Notes: generated by a model from the letters alone, not told the origin. Shown: positions 9,667 to 18,954, counted from the stretch's first letter. The stretch: 64,000 nucleotides of DNA from Terriglobia bacterium (GCA_020073495.1 JAIQFD010000007.1:3891-67890), one strand, 5' to 3'. Made by a program: numbers and translations.

Positions 9667-9900
9667 GCATTTCTCCTGTGCTGTTCGCGCAGTGGGCGGA
9701 AACACAGCCGCCTTCGCGGCACACGCCGGCCCCTGCCATCGCTACAGGGTCGCGCAACCGGACGCGGACGCGATGTGACCGCACTCACATCACCACGTGA
9801 CGCCGGATACATGGGGCAGTGGAAAGCACACAGGGCGCAGCGAGTGGCAGGAAATTGCATCGAATGGCGCGAAAAAAACGACGCCGGAACCCGCGAAGGC

Positions 9901-9931
9901 AATAAAAAGGCCGCCGGAGGGACCGGCGGCC
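9901..9931 (-). terminator. Intrinsic terminator after radical SAM paralog 2
   Basis: On the minus strand: GGCCGCCGG-tccct-CCGGCGGCC (9-bp stem) followed by TTTTTATT, 20 nt after the stop at 9951. Confidence 0.8.
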
Positions 9932-9950
9932 TCAATCAGGAGGTCGGAAC

Positions 9951-12110
9951 CTAGTCGCCCGCGACCGGCTCCTCGACGTTCTCCACGGCCGGCTTGTGCC
10001 CGTTGCCGTTGCCGTTGCCGTTACCATTGCCGTTCCCGTTGGCGGGAGCGATGGTGGCCAGGGGCACGAAGCTCTCGGCGGTCTGGTCCTTGAGCACGTG
10101 CTTCTTGTACAGCTTCATCATCTCGGCGTGGTAGGCGGGGTCCTTCTCTTTCATCTTCTGGTCGCGCTGGCGGATCTTCTCTTCGCGCGAGTTCTTCGCG
10201 ATGCCCATCTTGTCGAGGTCCTGCTGTTCTTCCTCGGTGATGAGGTCGCGATTGAGCGTGTACACGCTCTCCCTCGGCGCTTCGATCTGCACCTTCTTGC
10301 CGCCGGCGAAGATCTCGTGCCGCCCGTGCTCGTCATACCACTTGGTCAGGGTGGCGGTCATGTGCATCTTCTCGATGATGTTCCGCCAGCCGACGCCGGT
10401 GTTATACGCGCAGAAGCTGATCTCGCCTTCCTGCGTGGCGTAAGGGATGATGCACTGCTCGGTGCGCCGGAAATCGTAGTTCCACAGGTCCTGGAACCAC
10501 ATACCGGCGACGAAGAGGATGTTCCACCGGTCCTTGCGGCGCTTCTCCACGTCCTCGATGGTGCGGTCGGCGGTGACCTTGCCGTACGCGCCGCTTTTCG
10601 CCTTCTTGCTGGCGCCGAAGCCCTTATCGAACTTCATGAGCAGGTCGAAGATGGTGAAGTGTGGCGTGGTCTTGAAGGGGTTGTAGTTGCGCATCACCGC
10701 CAGGGCCATGCCCAGCAGCGAGAGTTTGCGCCCGCGGCCGGCGTCGGTGACCTTGGCCACGTCCTTGGCGAGCTGGTCGGCGTCCAGGAAGGCGGTGATC
10801 GGCGCCGCCTCTTTCGTTTCCTTGTCCACCATGATGCCCATGCCCACGCCGCAGTTGGGATGGCAGCCGCAGGAGAGCTGGCCCCAGGTCTCCTGGGGGC
10901 CGTGGAGGTGGTCGGCCCAGTCGGAGAAGGTGCTCATGAACGACAGCGGGAACCAGTCTCGGGTCGGCTCGCCGATGCCCACCTGGTCCTTCACGTCGTG
11001 CGCCAGGTGCGCCAGGGTGTAGCGCTGCGCGGCGCGGCGTTCCTCGGTGATCTCCTCGTCTCGGCCGGTGAACGACACCGGCTGGAAGGAGCAGAAGCTG
11101 ATGACCTTGGGGTTATCAAGCGCGAACTTGATGATGCGCCCCACCTGCTCATTGTTGATGCCGTTGACGATGGTGGTGACCGGCACGATGTCCACCCCGG
11201 ACTCGTACAGGTTCTCGATCGCCTTCATCTTCACGTCGAACAGGTTGCCCACCTTGCGGTGCGCGTTGGCGGCGTTGCCGATGCCGTCGAACTGGAGATA
11301 AGCGTAACGCAGCCCGGCTTCCGCCGCCTGCTTGCAGAATTCCTTCGACTTGGCGAACTCGATGCCGTTGGTCGCCGCCTGCACCGAGTTGTAGCCCACC
11401 TTGCGCGAGTAGCGCACCGCGTCCAGGAAGTACGGCGACAGCGTGGGCTCGCCGCCGGAAAACTGCACCGACATCTGCCGCTTCGGCTTGATGCTGATGG
11501 CGTTGTCCAGCATCGTCTTGATCTCTTCCCACGTCAGCTCATGGACGAAGCCCACCTGGTTCGCGTCCATGAAGCACGGGTCGCACATCATATTGCAGCG
11601 GTTGGTGAGGTCGATGGTAAGGACGGCGCCGCGGCCGTGAGTGATGGTGGAGGTGCCGTGGTGATGCAGGTGCTCGTCGGAGTGGGAGCGCATGTCGCGT
11701 CCGGGGAAGCTCTCTTCCAGGTGACGGAACATCACCGGGTCGATGGACATGACATCCTCGAAATGACCGTGCTTGGGACAGTCCTTCACCATCAGGATCT
11801 TGCCGTCGCGCTCGATGACCTGGGCCTTGATCTCTCCCGGATGCTCCGTCATCAGGATGTCGAGCGGGACATCGCCGTTGAGGATCTGCTTGCGGATCTC
11901 GGGCACGCACTTGGGACACAGGGAGTCGGTGGCGCGCGGCCAGCCGAGCGGCGGCTTGGTCTTCTGATACGACTTCAGGAGCGGCTTCTCGGACCACTTG
12001 GGCGTGAAGGCCGGATTGGGGGAGATCTGGTTAAACCTCTCGAAAACCAACCAGGCCCCATTGGCCGCAATGGTCAACGCCTTCTCGAAGTACTTGATCG
12101 GCTTGTGCAT
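9951..12110 (-). CDS. Radical SAM enzyme, Tes/GDGT-MAS-like architecture (paralog 2, long charged C-terminal extension)
   Basis: ATG at 12110 with GGGAG 9 nt upstream. Motifs: CPKCV...CPKHGHF knuckle, IDLTNRCNMMCDPCFMDA (CX3CX2C), FSGGEPTL, SCGCHPNCG, SFCAYN. A ~140-aa K/E-rich tail ends in (NG)7. Confidence 0.8.
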   Translation of the reverse strand: MHKPIKYFEKALTIAANGAWLVFERFNQISPNPAFTPKWSEKPLLKSYQKTKPPLGWPRATDSLCPKCVPEIRKQILNGDVPLDILMTEHPGEIKAQVIERDGKILMVKDCPKHGHFEDVMSIDPVMFRHLEESFPGRDMRSHSDEHLHHHGTSTITHGRGAVLTIDLTNRCNMMCDPCFMDANQVGFVHELTWEEIKTMLDNAISIKPKRQMSVQFSGGEPTLSPYFLDAVRYSRKVGYNSVQAATNGIEFAKSKEFCKQAAEAGLRYAYLQFDGIGNAANAHRKVGNLFDVKMKAIENLYESGVDIVPVTTIVNGINNEQVGRIIKFALDNPKVISFCSFQPVSFTGRDEEITEERRAAQRYTLAHLAHDVKDQVGIGEPTRDWFPLSFMSTFSDWADHLHGPQETWGQLSCGCHPNCGVGMGIMVDKETKEAAPITAFLDADQLAKDVAKVTDAGRGRKLSLLGMALAVMRNYNPFKTTPHFTIFDLLMKFDKGFGASKKAKSGAYGKVTADRTIEDVEKRRKDRWNILFVAGMWFQDLWNYDFRRTEQCIIPYATQEGEISFCAYNTGVGWRNIIEKMHMTATLTKWYDEHGRHEIFAGGKKVQIEAPRESVYTLNRDLITEEEQQDLDKMGIAKNSREEKIRQRDQKMKEKDPAYHAEMMKLYKKHVLKDQTAESFVPLATIAPANGNGNGNGNGNGNGHKPAVENVEEPVAGD
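9999..10041 (-). repeat. Imperfect hexanucleotide tandem repeat (about 7 units) encoding (Asn-Gly)7
   Basis: cccgttgccgttgccgttgccgttaccattgccgttcccgttg on the plus strand, inside the 3' end of paralog 2. Confidence 0.8.
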
Positions 12111-12586
12111 TTACACACGCTCCCTATGGATCAGACCTGACAAAACACAGCGGACAGCACAACGGGGGACGACACACGCCCGCCGCAGCCATTCCGGACG
12201 TGTAGATGTCCATGTCCATTACACTTGTTACTGAACCCCCACCCCAACCGCCAAGCTATGAACGGAGTGTTTTGCAGGCTTAGCGGTGCCTCTATGCATT
12301 GAACGGCGATTCGAAGACGTCTCTAAGCCTTTGAAAATCAACGGCTATTGCTGAATCAGGAATATACACGCCGGATTTCGTCCCGCCAAGTTCTTACTTG
12401 GTTCCACCCAATCTCGGGGAGGGGCGAGGGTTAACCATCTCGCAATCGGAAGGGGGATTTCGCCTTGTGCGACCGAGGACTGCTCCTGCGACGGTGCGGG
12501 GCGCAAAGGAAAGGAGAGGATGCGGAGGCAAGCTGTTATCGGCAAAGGTGCCCGAGGGTTGCCGGAAGTAGAGTCGCAGCGGGATA

Positions 12587-12835
12587 ATGATCTCCTGTGG
12601 CAGATCCGCGTCTCACAAAGGTTGCAGCCCCTTGGCCCGACAAGACCGCACGCGTACCAACTTCGAGGACGTCGGCCGCAAGATCGACGACGAACTGAAG
12701 CAGATCATCGACTACCTGAACGGCGAGGTGGTGCCCAAGGTGCGCACGCAATCCTCGTCGGCGTTGCGCAAAGCCGCACAGCAATTGCAGAAGCTCGCCG
12801 ACTTCATGGACGAGCACCGGCAGCGACCTTCTTGA
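12587..12835 (+). CDS. Small hypothetical protein (start uncertain; TTG at 12632 is possible)
   Basis: Coding-like sequence ...RTRTNFEDVGRKIDDELKQIIDYLNGEVVPKVR...LQKLADFMDEH. Its TGA overlaps the TTG start of rlpA (TTGA), suggesting translational coupling. Confidence 0.45.
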   Translation: MISCGRSASHKGCSPLARQDRTRTNFEDVGRKIDDELKQIIDYLNGEVVPKVRTQSSSALRKAAQQLQKLADFMDEHRQRPS

Positions 12836-13533
12836 GACTTCACCTCCTTCTGCTGTTGGCGGCGCTGGTTCTGCTCACCGGCTGCGGCGAGAAGAAGCGG
12901 GCGCGGGTGCACGTGCCGCCTCCACCGGAAGCGTCGCAACCGGAGAGCCGGCCGGAGCCGATCGAAGTCCCGGCGAACGCCAAGCCGATCCTGGTCGAGA
13001 CCGGACTTGCAAGCTGGTACGGACCTCCCTATCACAACCGGCGCGGGGCCAACGGCGAGGTATACGACATGAACGCCATGACGGCGGCGCACCGTACCCT
13101 GCCACTGAATTCGGTCGTGCGCGTGACCAACCTCACCACGAATCAGGCAGCCCTGGTGCGCATCACCGACCGCGGGCCGTTCGTGGACGGACGCGTGATT
13201 GATCTTTCGCTGGCGGCGGCCAGGGAAACCGGGGTTTGGCGCGCGGGGACGGCAAAGGTCCGGTTGGAGGTGCTCCAAGCTCCCGCCCCTCTCGCCACAG
13301 GAGGGCGGTGGTGCGTGCAGATCGGCGCCTTCGCCGAGGAAGAGCAGGCGCAGAAGTTGAAGGGCAGGCTGGCGCGACGGTACAAGACGGCGAAGGTGCT
13401 GGCCTTCGCCAGCCCGGCCGGGGATTACTGGGTGCGGGTGCGGGTGCTGGGCGACGACCGGCGACGCGCGGAAGAGATCCTGCGGGAAAACAGGACGCCG
13501 GAAGGAACGATGTTCCTGGTGCGGCTGGATTAG
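12832..13533 (+). CDS. rlpA: Septal ring lytic transglycosylase RlpA-family lipoprotein (DPBB + SPOR domains)
   Basis: TTG at 12832 gives MRLHLLLLLAALVLLTGC (lipobox). DPBB motifs ASWYGPPYHNRRGANGEVYDMNAMTAAH...ITDRGPFVDGRVIDLS. SPOR-like C-terminus (WCVQIGAF...YWVRVRV). The R-rich region upstream of 12832 in the 337-aa ORF is not protein-like. Confidence 0.85.
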   Translation: MRLHLLLLLAALVLLTGCGEKKRARVHVPPPPEASQPESRPEPIEVPANAKPILVETGLASWYGPPYHNRRGANGEVYDMNAMTAAHRTLPLNSVVRVTNLTTNQAALVRITDRGPFVDGRVIDLSLAAARETGVWRAGTAKVRLEVLQAPAPLATGGRWCVQIGAFAEEEQAQKLKGRLARRYKTAKVLAFASPAGDYWVRVRVLGDDRRRAEEILRENRTPEGTMFLVRLD

Positions 13534-13588
13534 TGCCCGCCAATCTCGCCCCGCCGCCGCGGGGCTCTCACTTAGCTTCACGCCGTGG

Positions 13589-13633
13589 ACCCTCACGCTC
13601 TTCCCTACGGGACCTCGCTCAGGATGACACTGA
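13589..13633. repeat. Bipartite intergenic repeat element (same family as 5715-5770)
   Basis: gaccctcacgctcttccctacgggacctcgctcaggatgacactgag. Confidence 0.6.
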
Positions 13634-13663
13634 GTGGAAGACGGCGTAGGATTCTGCGCGCCT

Positions 13664-14005
13664 ATGTCCGACTGCCTGTTCTGCAAGATCATCACGGGAA
13701 AGATCCCGTCGAAGAAGGTGTACGAAGACGACAAAGTGTACGTCATCGAAGACATCCACCCGCAAGCGCCGACGCACGTACTCATCCTCCCCAAGAAGCA
13801 CATCGAGGGAGTGAACACAGCCAAGCCGGAGGACGCGGAAATCATCGGCCACTGCCATTTGATCGCCGCCGAGATCGCGCGGGAACGTGGCATCGAGGAC
13901 GGCTACCGCACGGTGTTCAACGTGGGGCCGAAGTCCGGGCAGTCGGTGTTCCATCTGCACCTGCATCTGATCGGGGGACGGGTGATGACGTGGCCGCCGG
14001 GATAA
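13664..14005 (+). CDS. HIT-family (histidine triad) nucleotide hydrolase
   Basis: MSDCLFCKIITGKIP... and the histidine triad HLHLHLIGG. ATG at 13664. Confidence 0.9.
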   Translation: MSDCLFCKIITGKIPSKKVYEDDKVYVIEDIHPQAPTHVLILPKKHIEGVNTAKPEDAEIIGHCHLIAAEIARERGIEDGYRTVFNVGPKSGQSVFHLHLHLIGGRVMTWPPG

Positions 14006-14010
14006 GTTCC

Positions 14011-14027
14011 CAGTACTCAGCACTCAG
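14011..14027. repeat. Tandem CTCAG-core heptamers (2 units)
   Basis: cagTACTCAGCACTCAG immediately 3' of the HIT gene. Related to the 4-unit tract at 28630-28657. Confidence 0.5.
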
Positions 14028-14109
14028 AAAAATCCCTCACGGCTCGGGCGGTGTCTCGCAACGAGCGAACCTTCTCGCCCGCTAGTCACTACCGGCTACC
14101 TGCAATCGG

Positions 14110-14781
14110 CTACTGAGTTTGTTCTTCCTGGTCGTCGTGCGCGCCGTGGCGGCGGAGGATCTGGGGAAGATTCGAGGAAAAGGCGGAGCGCGGCATGACC
14201 GCGTCGCATCCGGCCTCCTGCGCCTTCATCTTCAGGTCACCCTGCACGTGGGAGACGAAGCCCAGGATGGAGGTCGTACCTTTCTTGAGCTTGGCGCGCA
14301 GCTTGGGGATGGTGGCCAACGGCTTGGCATTGGCGTTGTTCAAGTCGAAGATCACCAGGGATGGAACCTGCTGCCCATTCTGCTCGACGCGGTCGAGGAT
14401 ATCCTTCTCGGTCTTGACGAACTCGACCTTGACGTTGAGCTTGCGGGCCGTGTCCTGGATCTTGGTGAGGAAAAAGAGATCCTCGACGAAGGCGAAGATA
14501 CGGGTGGCGGCGTCTTCGCGGGCGGGCAGCGGCTCGATCTCGGGATGCTGGAAGAACTGGGATGTGAAGCCGCCGCGCGGGCGGAACTGGTTGCCGCCGT
14601 TGCCGTTCTGGGCGTTGCGGTAGCTGTGGTCCATGGGACCGACGAAAGGGGTGCCGCGCTGTCCGCGCCCGCTGCGTTTGCCGCCCGGCGGGTGCTGGGC
14701 GTGGCCCTGCGGTCCGCCATGCTTGCGGCGGCGCCGCTGACCCCCGCCGCGGTGGCCGGGCTGATTCGGTCCTTTGTTCAT
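14110..14781 (-). CDS. Atypical receiver-domain protein with an Arg/Gly-rich disordered N-terminus
   Basis: ATG at 14781. The first ~100 aa are RGG/Q/N-rich (GGGQRRRRKHGGPQGH...FRPRGGF). The CheY-like domain has ED, LVIFDLNN and GFVSH, but the conserved Lys position reads VMPRS. Confidence 0.65.
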   Translation of the reverse strand: MNKGPNQPGHRGGGQRRRRKHGGPQGHAQHPPGGKRSGRGQRGTPFVGPMDHSYRNAQNGNGGNQFRPRGGFTSQFFQHPEIEPLPAREDAATRIFAFVEDLFFLTKIQDTARKLNVKVEFVKTEKDILDRVEQNGQQVPSLVIFDLNNANAKPLATIPKLRAKLKKGTTSILGFVSHVQGDLKMKAQEAGCDAVMPRSAFSSNLPQILRRHGAHDDQEEQTQ

Positions 14782-15210
14782 TCGCTCTTGTTCCCCGGGG
14801 CCCTCATCATTTGCAGATGGAGCCGTCCTTCCGGCGTGTACCCGTGCGCATGTTCGCATTCAGGCGAAGATCGCAACGGCTGGGTCGCTGTCGAGAACTC
14901 ATTCGTCCGTCGAGCGCAGGGACATCAGCGCGCGGATGGCCAGCACGATGGGCGTGCGGCTGCTTGGAGGACGAAACGGATGATATCTGTCCTGGAAACC
15001 CGGCGCAAGGCCTGTTCCTGAACCTGCGCAGACGCCCCCGCGTCCGCGACAGTCCTATTCTACTACACCTGCAATCCTCCCAGAACGAGTGACCTTGGTC
15101 ATGCGGAACTATGTGTAGGCAGGTCCGCACTTTACCCCCGACCATTACGCCGGTCACTTGCGTCAAGTAACCACAGGTCTAAGACTAGGGTCACGGGAAG
15201 GCAAGAAGTT

Positions 15211-17163
15211 TTGGGATGGAGCGTTGTGAGTAAAGGGCGACAAAACCCGCTGGCTGTGGTAATCGGCGCAATGGTATTGCTCTTGTGCGCGCCTGCGCGG
15301 GCGGAAGAGCCTGTCGATGTTGCGGTGCCCGTGGACTGGAGCCACCAGCACATGATCATCACCAACCGGGCGACCCTCCAGGAGCGGATGGCGGCTTCGC
15401 GGGACCCTCGCGCACTGACCAATGCGGTGCGGCGGACGCAGGCGATGATGGCCGCCGGCCAGCAAAACCGCAACGCCAAACACTACGGCGCGGGATCGTC
15501 CCGCAAGATGCAGCGAGACTGGAGCGTTTCCATGGGGGCCGGGCGGGTGGCGCCCGGCATGTCGCCGGCCAAGTACGGCTTCGCAGTGTCCTCCACCTTC
15601 CTGATCGCGAGTTGCACGACCGACTACGCGGTGTATGGCCTCGATGTGGCGGGCACGGCGAACACGCCCGGGGGCCAGGCGAACCTGGTCGGTCTGCGCA
15701 ACCTTTACAGCGGCAGTGCCGGGTACTGTGGGTTGGCCAGCATCGCCGCCTCCGGCGCATCGCGCGTCGGCAACGTGGTCACAATCACCACGACCGCGCC
15801 GCATGGCTTTACGGCCGGCATGCAGGTGGCCATCGCCGGAGTGGCCAACGTGAGTTTCAACGGGACATTCACGGTGGCTTCCGTGCCGAGCGCGATCGCG
15901 TTCACATACGCGCAGGTCGCGGCCAACGCAACCAGCGGCGGCGGCACGGCGTCGTTCGCCTCCGCGTCGGTGGCCTTCGCCTACAACATCACGACCGCAG
16001 CGGGCGGACGCATCCTGACCTCGCCCAGCATCTCGCTGGACGGAAGGAAGATCGCCTTCGTCGAGAGCACGGGGACGGCGTCCATCTTCCACGTGCTGAC
16101 GCTCGACCCGTGCGTCACTTCGACGGCCGGGTGCAGCAACAACGGGACCAGCGCGACCAGCTCGGCGGTGCCGGGGAATGGGAATGCGGCCTCGATGGTC
16201 TCGATCACGTATTCGCATTCGAGCAATACGCTCTCGTCGCCGTGGATCGATTACTCGCCGGCGGGTGATGCGGCGTACGTCGGCGATGATAACGGCACCC
16301 TCTACCGCATCAAGGGGGTGTTCTACGGCGCTCCCGCGCTGGACGCCACCTTCGGCGGAAGCGGGTCCATTGTCGTCAGCAGTGGCTTGCAGCTACTGGG
16401 CCCGGTACTGGCACAAGGTTGGCTGATGGTGGGTGACAGCAGCGGGACGATCAAAGCAGTCCTGGCTTCCAGCCCGTTCACGGTGGCGTCTTCGACCTTT
16501 GCCGTGGGGACTGGCATGGGGGACCCGCCGGTTGTGGACGCGTCGACTACAGGAGTGTTATCGGTATTCGAGACAGCGGCCAGCGGTTTCACGATAGAGC
16601 AAGGCATCTTTAACACCAGTTCGCAGCAGTTCACCAGCACGACGTCGGTGAGCATCGGCCACAGTACGGCCGGCAATGCTCATGCTCCGGCGCTGGATAA
16701 CAACTACTTCCTGGGTACGATCGATGCGACCCATGGATTCATCTATGCCTGCGGCGCCCTGGGAGGTTCCCAGCACCCCGCCCTGTACAGAGTGGGATTC
16801 ACTGCCGGGTCGCCTCCGACCGTGCGCGCTACCTCCGTCAGAGGCCCGACGCTTGCCAACAGCAACGCAGAGTGCTCTCCTCTCACCGAGTTCGCGAACC
16901 CGAACATCGCGGTCAAGGACTTGCTTTTCGTAGGCGATACCAGCGGCGAGGTGCAGTCGTTCGACATCACCGGCGCCATGCCGGGCAACGCGGTGGCCAC
17001 AGTGGCGGAGCCGGGCGGCACCAGCGGCATCATCGTGGATACCACGCAATTGAGTTCGAACCAGGGATCGAGCATCTACTTTACGACCTTGTCGAATGCG
17101 GGCGGCAACTGCGGCGCGAACAACTACTGCGCCATCAAGCTGACGCAGAACGAATTGCAGTAG
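15211..17163 (+). CDS. Secreted S/T/G/A-rich hypothetical protein (possibly beta-propeller-like)
   Basis: Signal peptide VVIGAMVLLLCAPARAEEP (start TTG 15211 or GTG 15226). 650 aa. The antisense ORF 15163-16218 is R/G/A-rich and was rejected. Confidence 0.65.
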   Translation: MGWSVVSKGRQNPLAVVIGAMVLLLCAPARAEEPVDVAVPVDWSHQHMIITNRATLQERMAASRDPRALTNAVRRTQAMMAAGQQNRNAKHYGAGSSRKMQRDWSVSMGAGRVAPGMSPAKYGFAVSSTFLIASCTTDYAVYGLDVAGTANTPGGQANLVGLRNLYSGSAGYCGLASIAASGASRVGNVVTITTTAPHGFTAGMQVAIAGVANVSFNGTFTVASVPSAIAFTYAQVAANATSGGGTASFASASVAFAYNITTAAGGRILTSPSISLDGRKIAFVESTGTASIFHVLTLDPCVTSTAGCSNNGTSATSSAVPGNGNAASMVSITYSHSSNTLSSPWIDYSPAGDAAYVGDDNGTLYRIKGVFYGAPALDATFGGSGSIVVSSGLQLLGPVLAQGWLMVGDSSGTIKAVLASSPFTVASSTFAVGTGMGDPPVVDASTTGVLSVFETAASGFTIEQGIFNTSSQQFTSTTSVSIGHSTAGNAHAPALDNNYFLGTIDATHGFIYACGALGGSQHPALYRVGFTAGSPPTVRATSVRGPTLANSNAECSPLTEFANPNIAVKDLLFVGDTSGEVQSFDITGAMPGNAVATVAEPGGTSGIIVDTTQLSSNQGSSIYFTTLSNAGGNCGANNYCAIKLTQNELQ

Positions 17164-17184
17164 CGGAAACTTGCGCAGGTGGAA

Positions 17185-17259
17185 TGGTGGGCGCTGAAGG
17201 ATTCGAACCTTCGACTTCCACCGTGTGAAGATGGCACTCTACCGCTGAGTTAAGCGCCC
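17185..17259 (-). tRNA. tRNA-Val (anticodon CAC), CCA encoded
   Basis: The reverse complement GGGCGCTTAACTCAGCGGTAGAGTGCCATCTTCACACGGTGGAAGTCGAAGGTTCGAATCCTTCAGCGCCCACCA folds as a 7/4/5/5 cloverleaf with anticodon loop TTCACAC. Confidence 0.95.
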
Positions 17260-17414
17260 AACCTGTTGGATTTTATCACTTGCTTTCACCCGGAAACACC
17301 CACTGCGCCAAATCGCGGCCATCAATCTCACCCCGCCATCGATGTCATGGTTGGTTCGAAGCACTGGCGTGTCCGAGTGGGAGTGCGTAGTGGGACCAGG
17401 TTGGTCAGAGGCAC

Positions 17415-17447
17415 GAAAAAACCGGGTGAGTTCACCCGGTTTTGTCG
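17415..17447 (-). terminator. Intrinsic (bidirectional-looking) terminator after the PEP-CTERM gene
   Basis: gaaaaaaCCGGGTGagttCACCCGGttttgtcg. The hairpin is flanked by an A-run and a T-run, 18 nt beyond the stop at 17465. Confidence 0.75.
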
Positions 17448-17464
17448 TGAAGTTTGGAGTCGAG

Positions 17465-18196
17465 TTAGAGCGACAGTCTGCGACGAACCACGCCCGCCAG
17501 ACCGAAGAGGCCGCTTCCCAGGAGCATCAGGCTGCCCGGCTCGGGGACAACTTGTTGCTCGGGGACGAACTCGAGGGTCCCGCCGATCGCAAACTGGTTG
17601 TCACCGCTGGCGGCAGCATTGATGGCGGCTACCGCGGCGGCGTCCAGCGAAATCAGGATCTGACTGCCATTATCGGCGGCCGACGACAGGTAACTCCCGT
17701 ACAGGATCCCGCCACCGAGATCGCCGTAAATGCCAACCTGGCCGGAGCCATCAGCGGTCAGCGTGCCGTTCGGCGTGCTGACGTCGAACACGCTGTAGAG
17801 TGCCGTCGGGTTCGGATTGACGTAGCCGCCCACAGGAGGATTTCCCACGTTCAAGATCGCGCTGCTGACGTGCTGCCCGCCCAGATTGGCCAGATCAAAC
17901 GCAAAGAAATCGTTCACCAAGTACGCGAGGCCGCAGTCGCTCGCGCTGCAATAGCCAGCGGCGTAGTTGGTGTTGCTGGCCTGGTGAGAGCCGGTGCTGT
18001 CCCACCAGCCGGTGGAATACGCATCGATGACGACCTTTCCTTCGCCGACCGTCAGAATCAACTGCTGGAATCCATACGGCGTGGCACCGAAGAGCAGCTG
18101 TGTCTGGGTGTCAGCCGAGGCTAAGGGGGCCGCCAACAAACCTACCGTGAGAACCAAGAAAGCAAGGAGACCAAGCCGTCGCATAGTCGTATGCAC
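17465..18196 (-). CDS. PEP-CTERM sorting-domain secreted protein
   Basis: Signal peptide MRRLGLLAFLVLTVGLLAAPLASA. C-terminus VPEPGSLMLLGSGLFGLAGVVRRRLSL (PEP motif + TM + basic tail). Confidence 0.9.
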   Translation of the reverse strand: MHTTMRRLGLLAFLVLTVGLLAAPLASADTQTQLLFGATPYGFQQLILTVGEGKVVIDAYSTGWWDSTGSHQASNTNYAAGYCSASDCGLAYLVNDFFAFDLANLGGQHVSSAILNVGNPPVGGYVNPNPTALYSVFDVSTPNGTLTADGSGQVGIYGDLGGGILYGSYLSSAADNGSQILISLDAAAVAAINAAASGDNQFAIGGTLEFVPEQQVVPEPGSLMLLGSGLFGLAGVVRRRLSL

Positions 18197-18368
18197 CTCT
18201 TCTGCTTGATTCAGTGCATTTTGGGGGCCACACGTGACAGCTTAGTTTTCAAGAAGATAGCGGAAAGTTGCGGGAATCGCCGTGCAATTCATTTCTACAA
18301 TGTTGCAACGCGTTTCACCCGCTGACGCAGAGTGGAGTCGCAGCGACGCGTGTCTTGGGAGCGGAAGT

Positions 18369-18926
18369 TTATCGCGCATACTCGCCGGAACTTACGCTGG
18401 CCGGCTGCTGCAAGGCATCGAGTTCGCGCTGCGCTTGTTGGCGGTCGGTCACAAGATTCTTCAGGGTCTCGCGTTCCCGCTCGAGAGCGGCGTTCAGCGA
18501 CTTGATGACGTAGTCCTTATTGGTGGCCGCGAGCTGCTCCTGGAGGTCCTGGATCTTCGAGGTCAATGCAGATTCCTGCTGCTGCAAACCTGCGATCTTG
18601 GCGCGCAGTTCTTCCATCGGATCGGGCGTGTTCGCAGGTGAGGAATCCGGCTCAGGCTGTGCGGCCTGCGCCGGAGTGTCAGAGGTGGACGGAGCGCCGG
18701 CAGCGGGGCCCGCACCTTGCTGGGTCGCGGCCTGGTCCGCCGATGGTTGCTGGTCTTGGGAACGGGCCGGGAGATCGTCGTCGGTAACGACACGGCGCGC
18801 TTGGGGCTTGGCCTTCTGCCGTTCCTGCTTGGCCAGGTCACCGAGTGACGGGGTCTGCTGCCCCGCTGCCACGATGCCGGCCAACAGGATGGTCAGAATC
18901 CCGAGGACCAGCGCGCGCCATGTCAT
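18369..18926 (-). CDS. Membrane-anchored coiled-coil protein
   Basis: N-terminal TM WRALVLGILTILLAGIVAAG, a low-complexity Q/A/P linker, then coiled coil MEELRAKIAGLQQQESALTSKIQDLQEQL... Lies directly downstream of the pilin-like operon. Confidence 0.6.
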   Translation of the reverse strand: MTWRALVLGILTILLAGIVAAGQQTPSLGDLAKQERQKAKPQARRVVTDDDLPARSQDQQPSADQAATQQGAGPAAGAPSTSDTPAQAAQPEPDSSPANTPDPMEELRAKIAGLQQQESALTSKIQDLQEQLAATNKDYVIKSLNAALERERETLKNLVTDRQQAQRELDALQQPASVSSGEYAR

Positions 18927-18954
18927 ATCGAAGCCACCTTTCCGTTCGCCTTCG

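Noticed and set aside
7870-12140. Very long plus-strand ORFs (7870-9954, 694 aa; 9996-12140, 714 aa) opposite the radical SAM genes.
   Set aside because: They are mirror-frame antisense ORFs, typical of high-GC DNA. Their composition is dominated by A/G/R/V/L/H/D with no motifs. The minus-strand frames carry unambiguous radical SAM motifs, RBSs and terminators.
12520-12831. The ATG at 12520 as the start of rlpA (337 aa).
   Set aside because: The N-terminal 104 residues are Arg-rich and not protein-like. A TTG at 12832 yields a canonical lipoprotein signal peptide, and a better-looking small ORF occupies another frame of this stretch.
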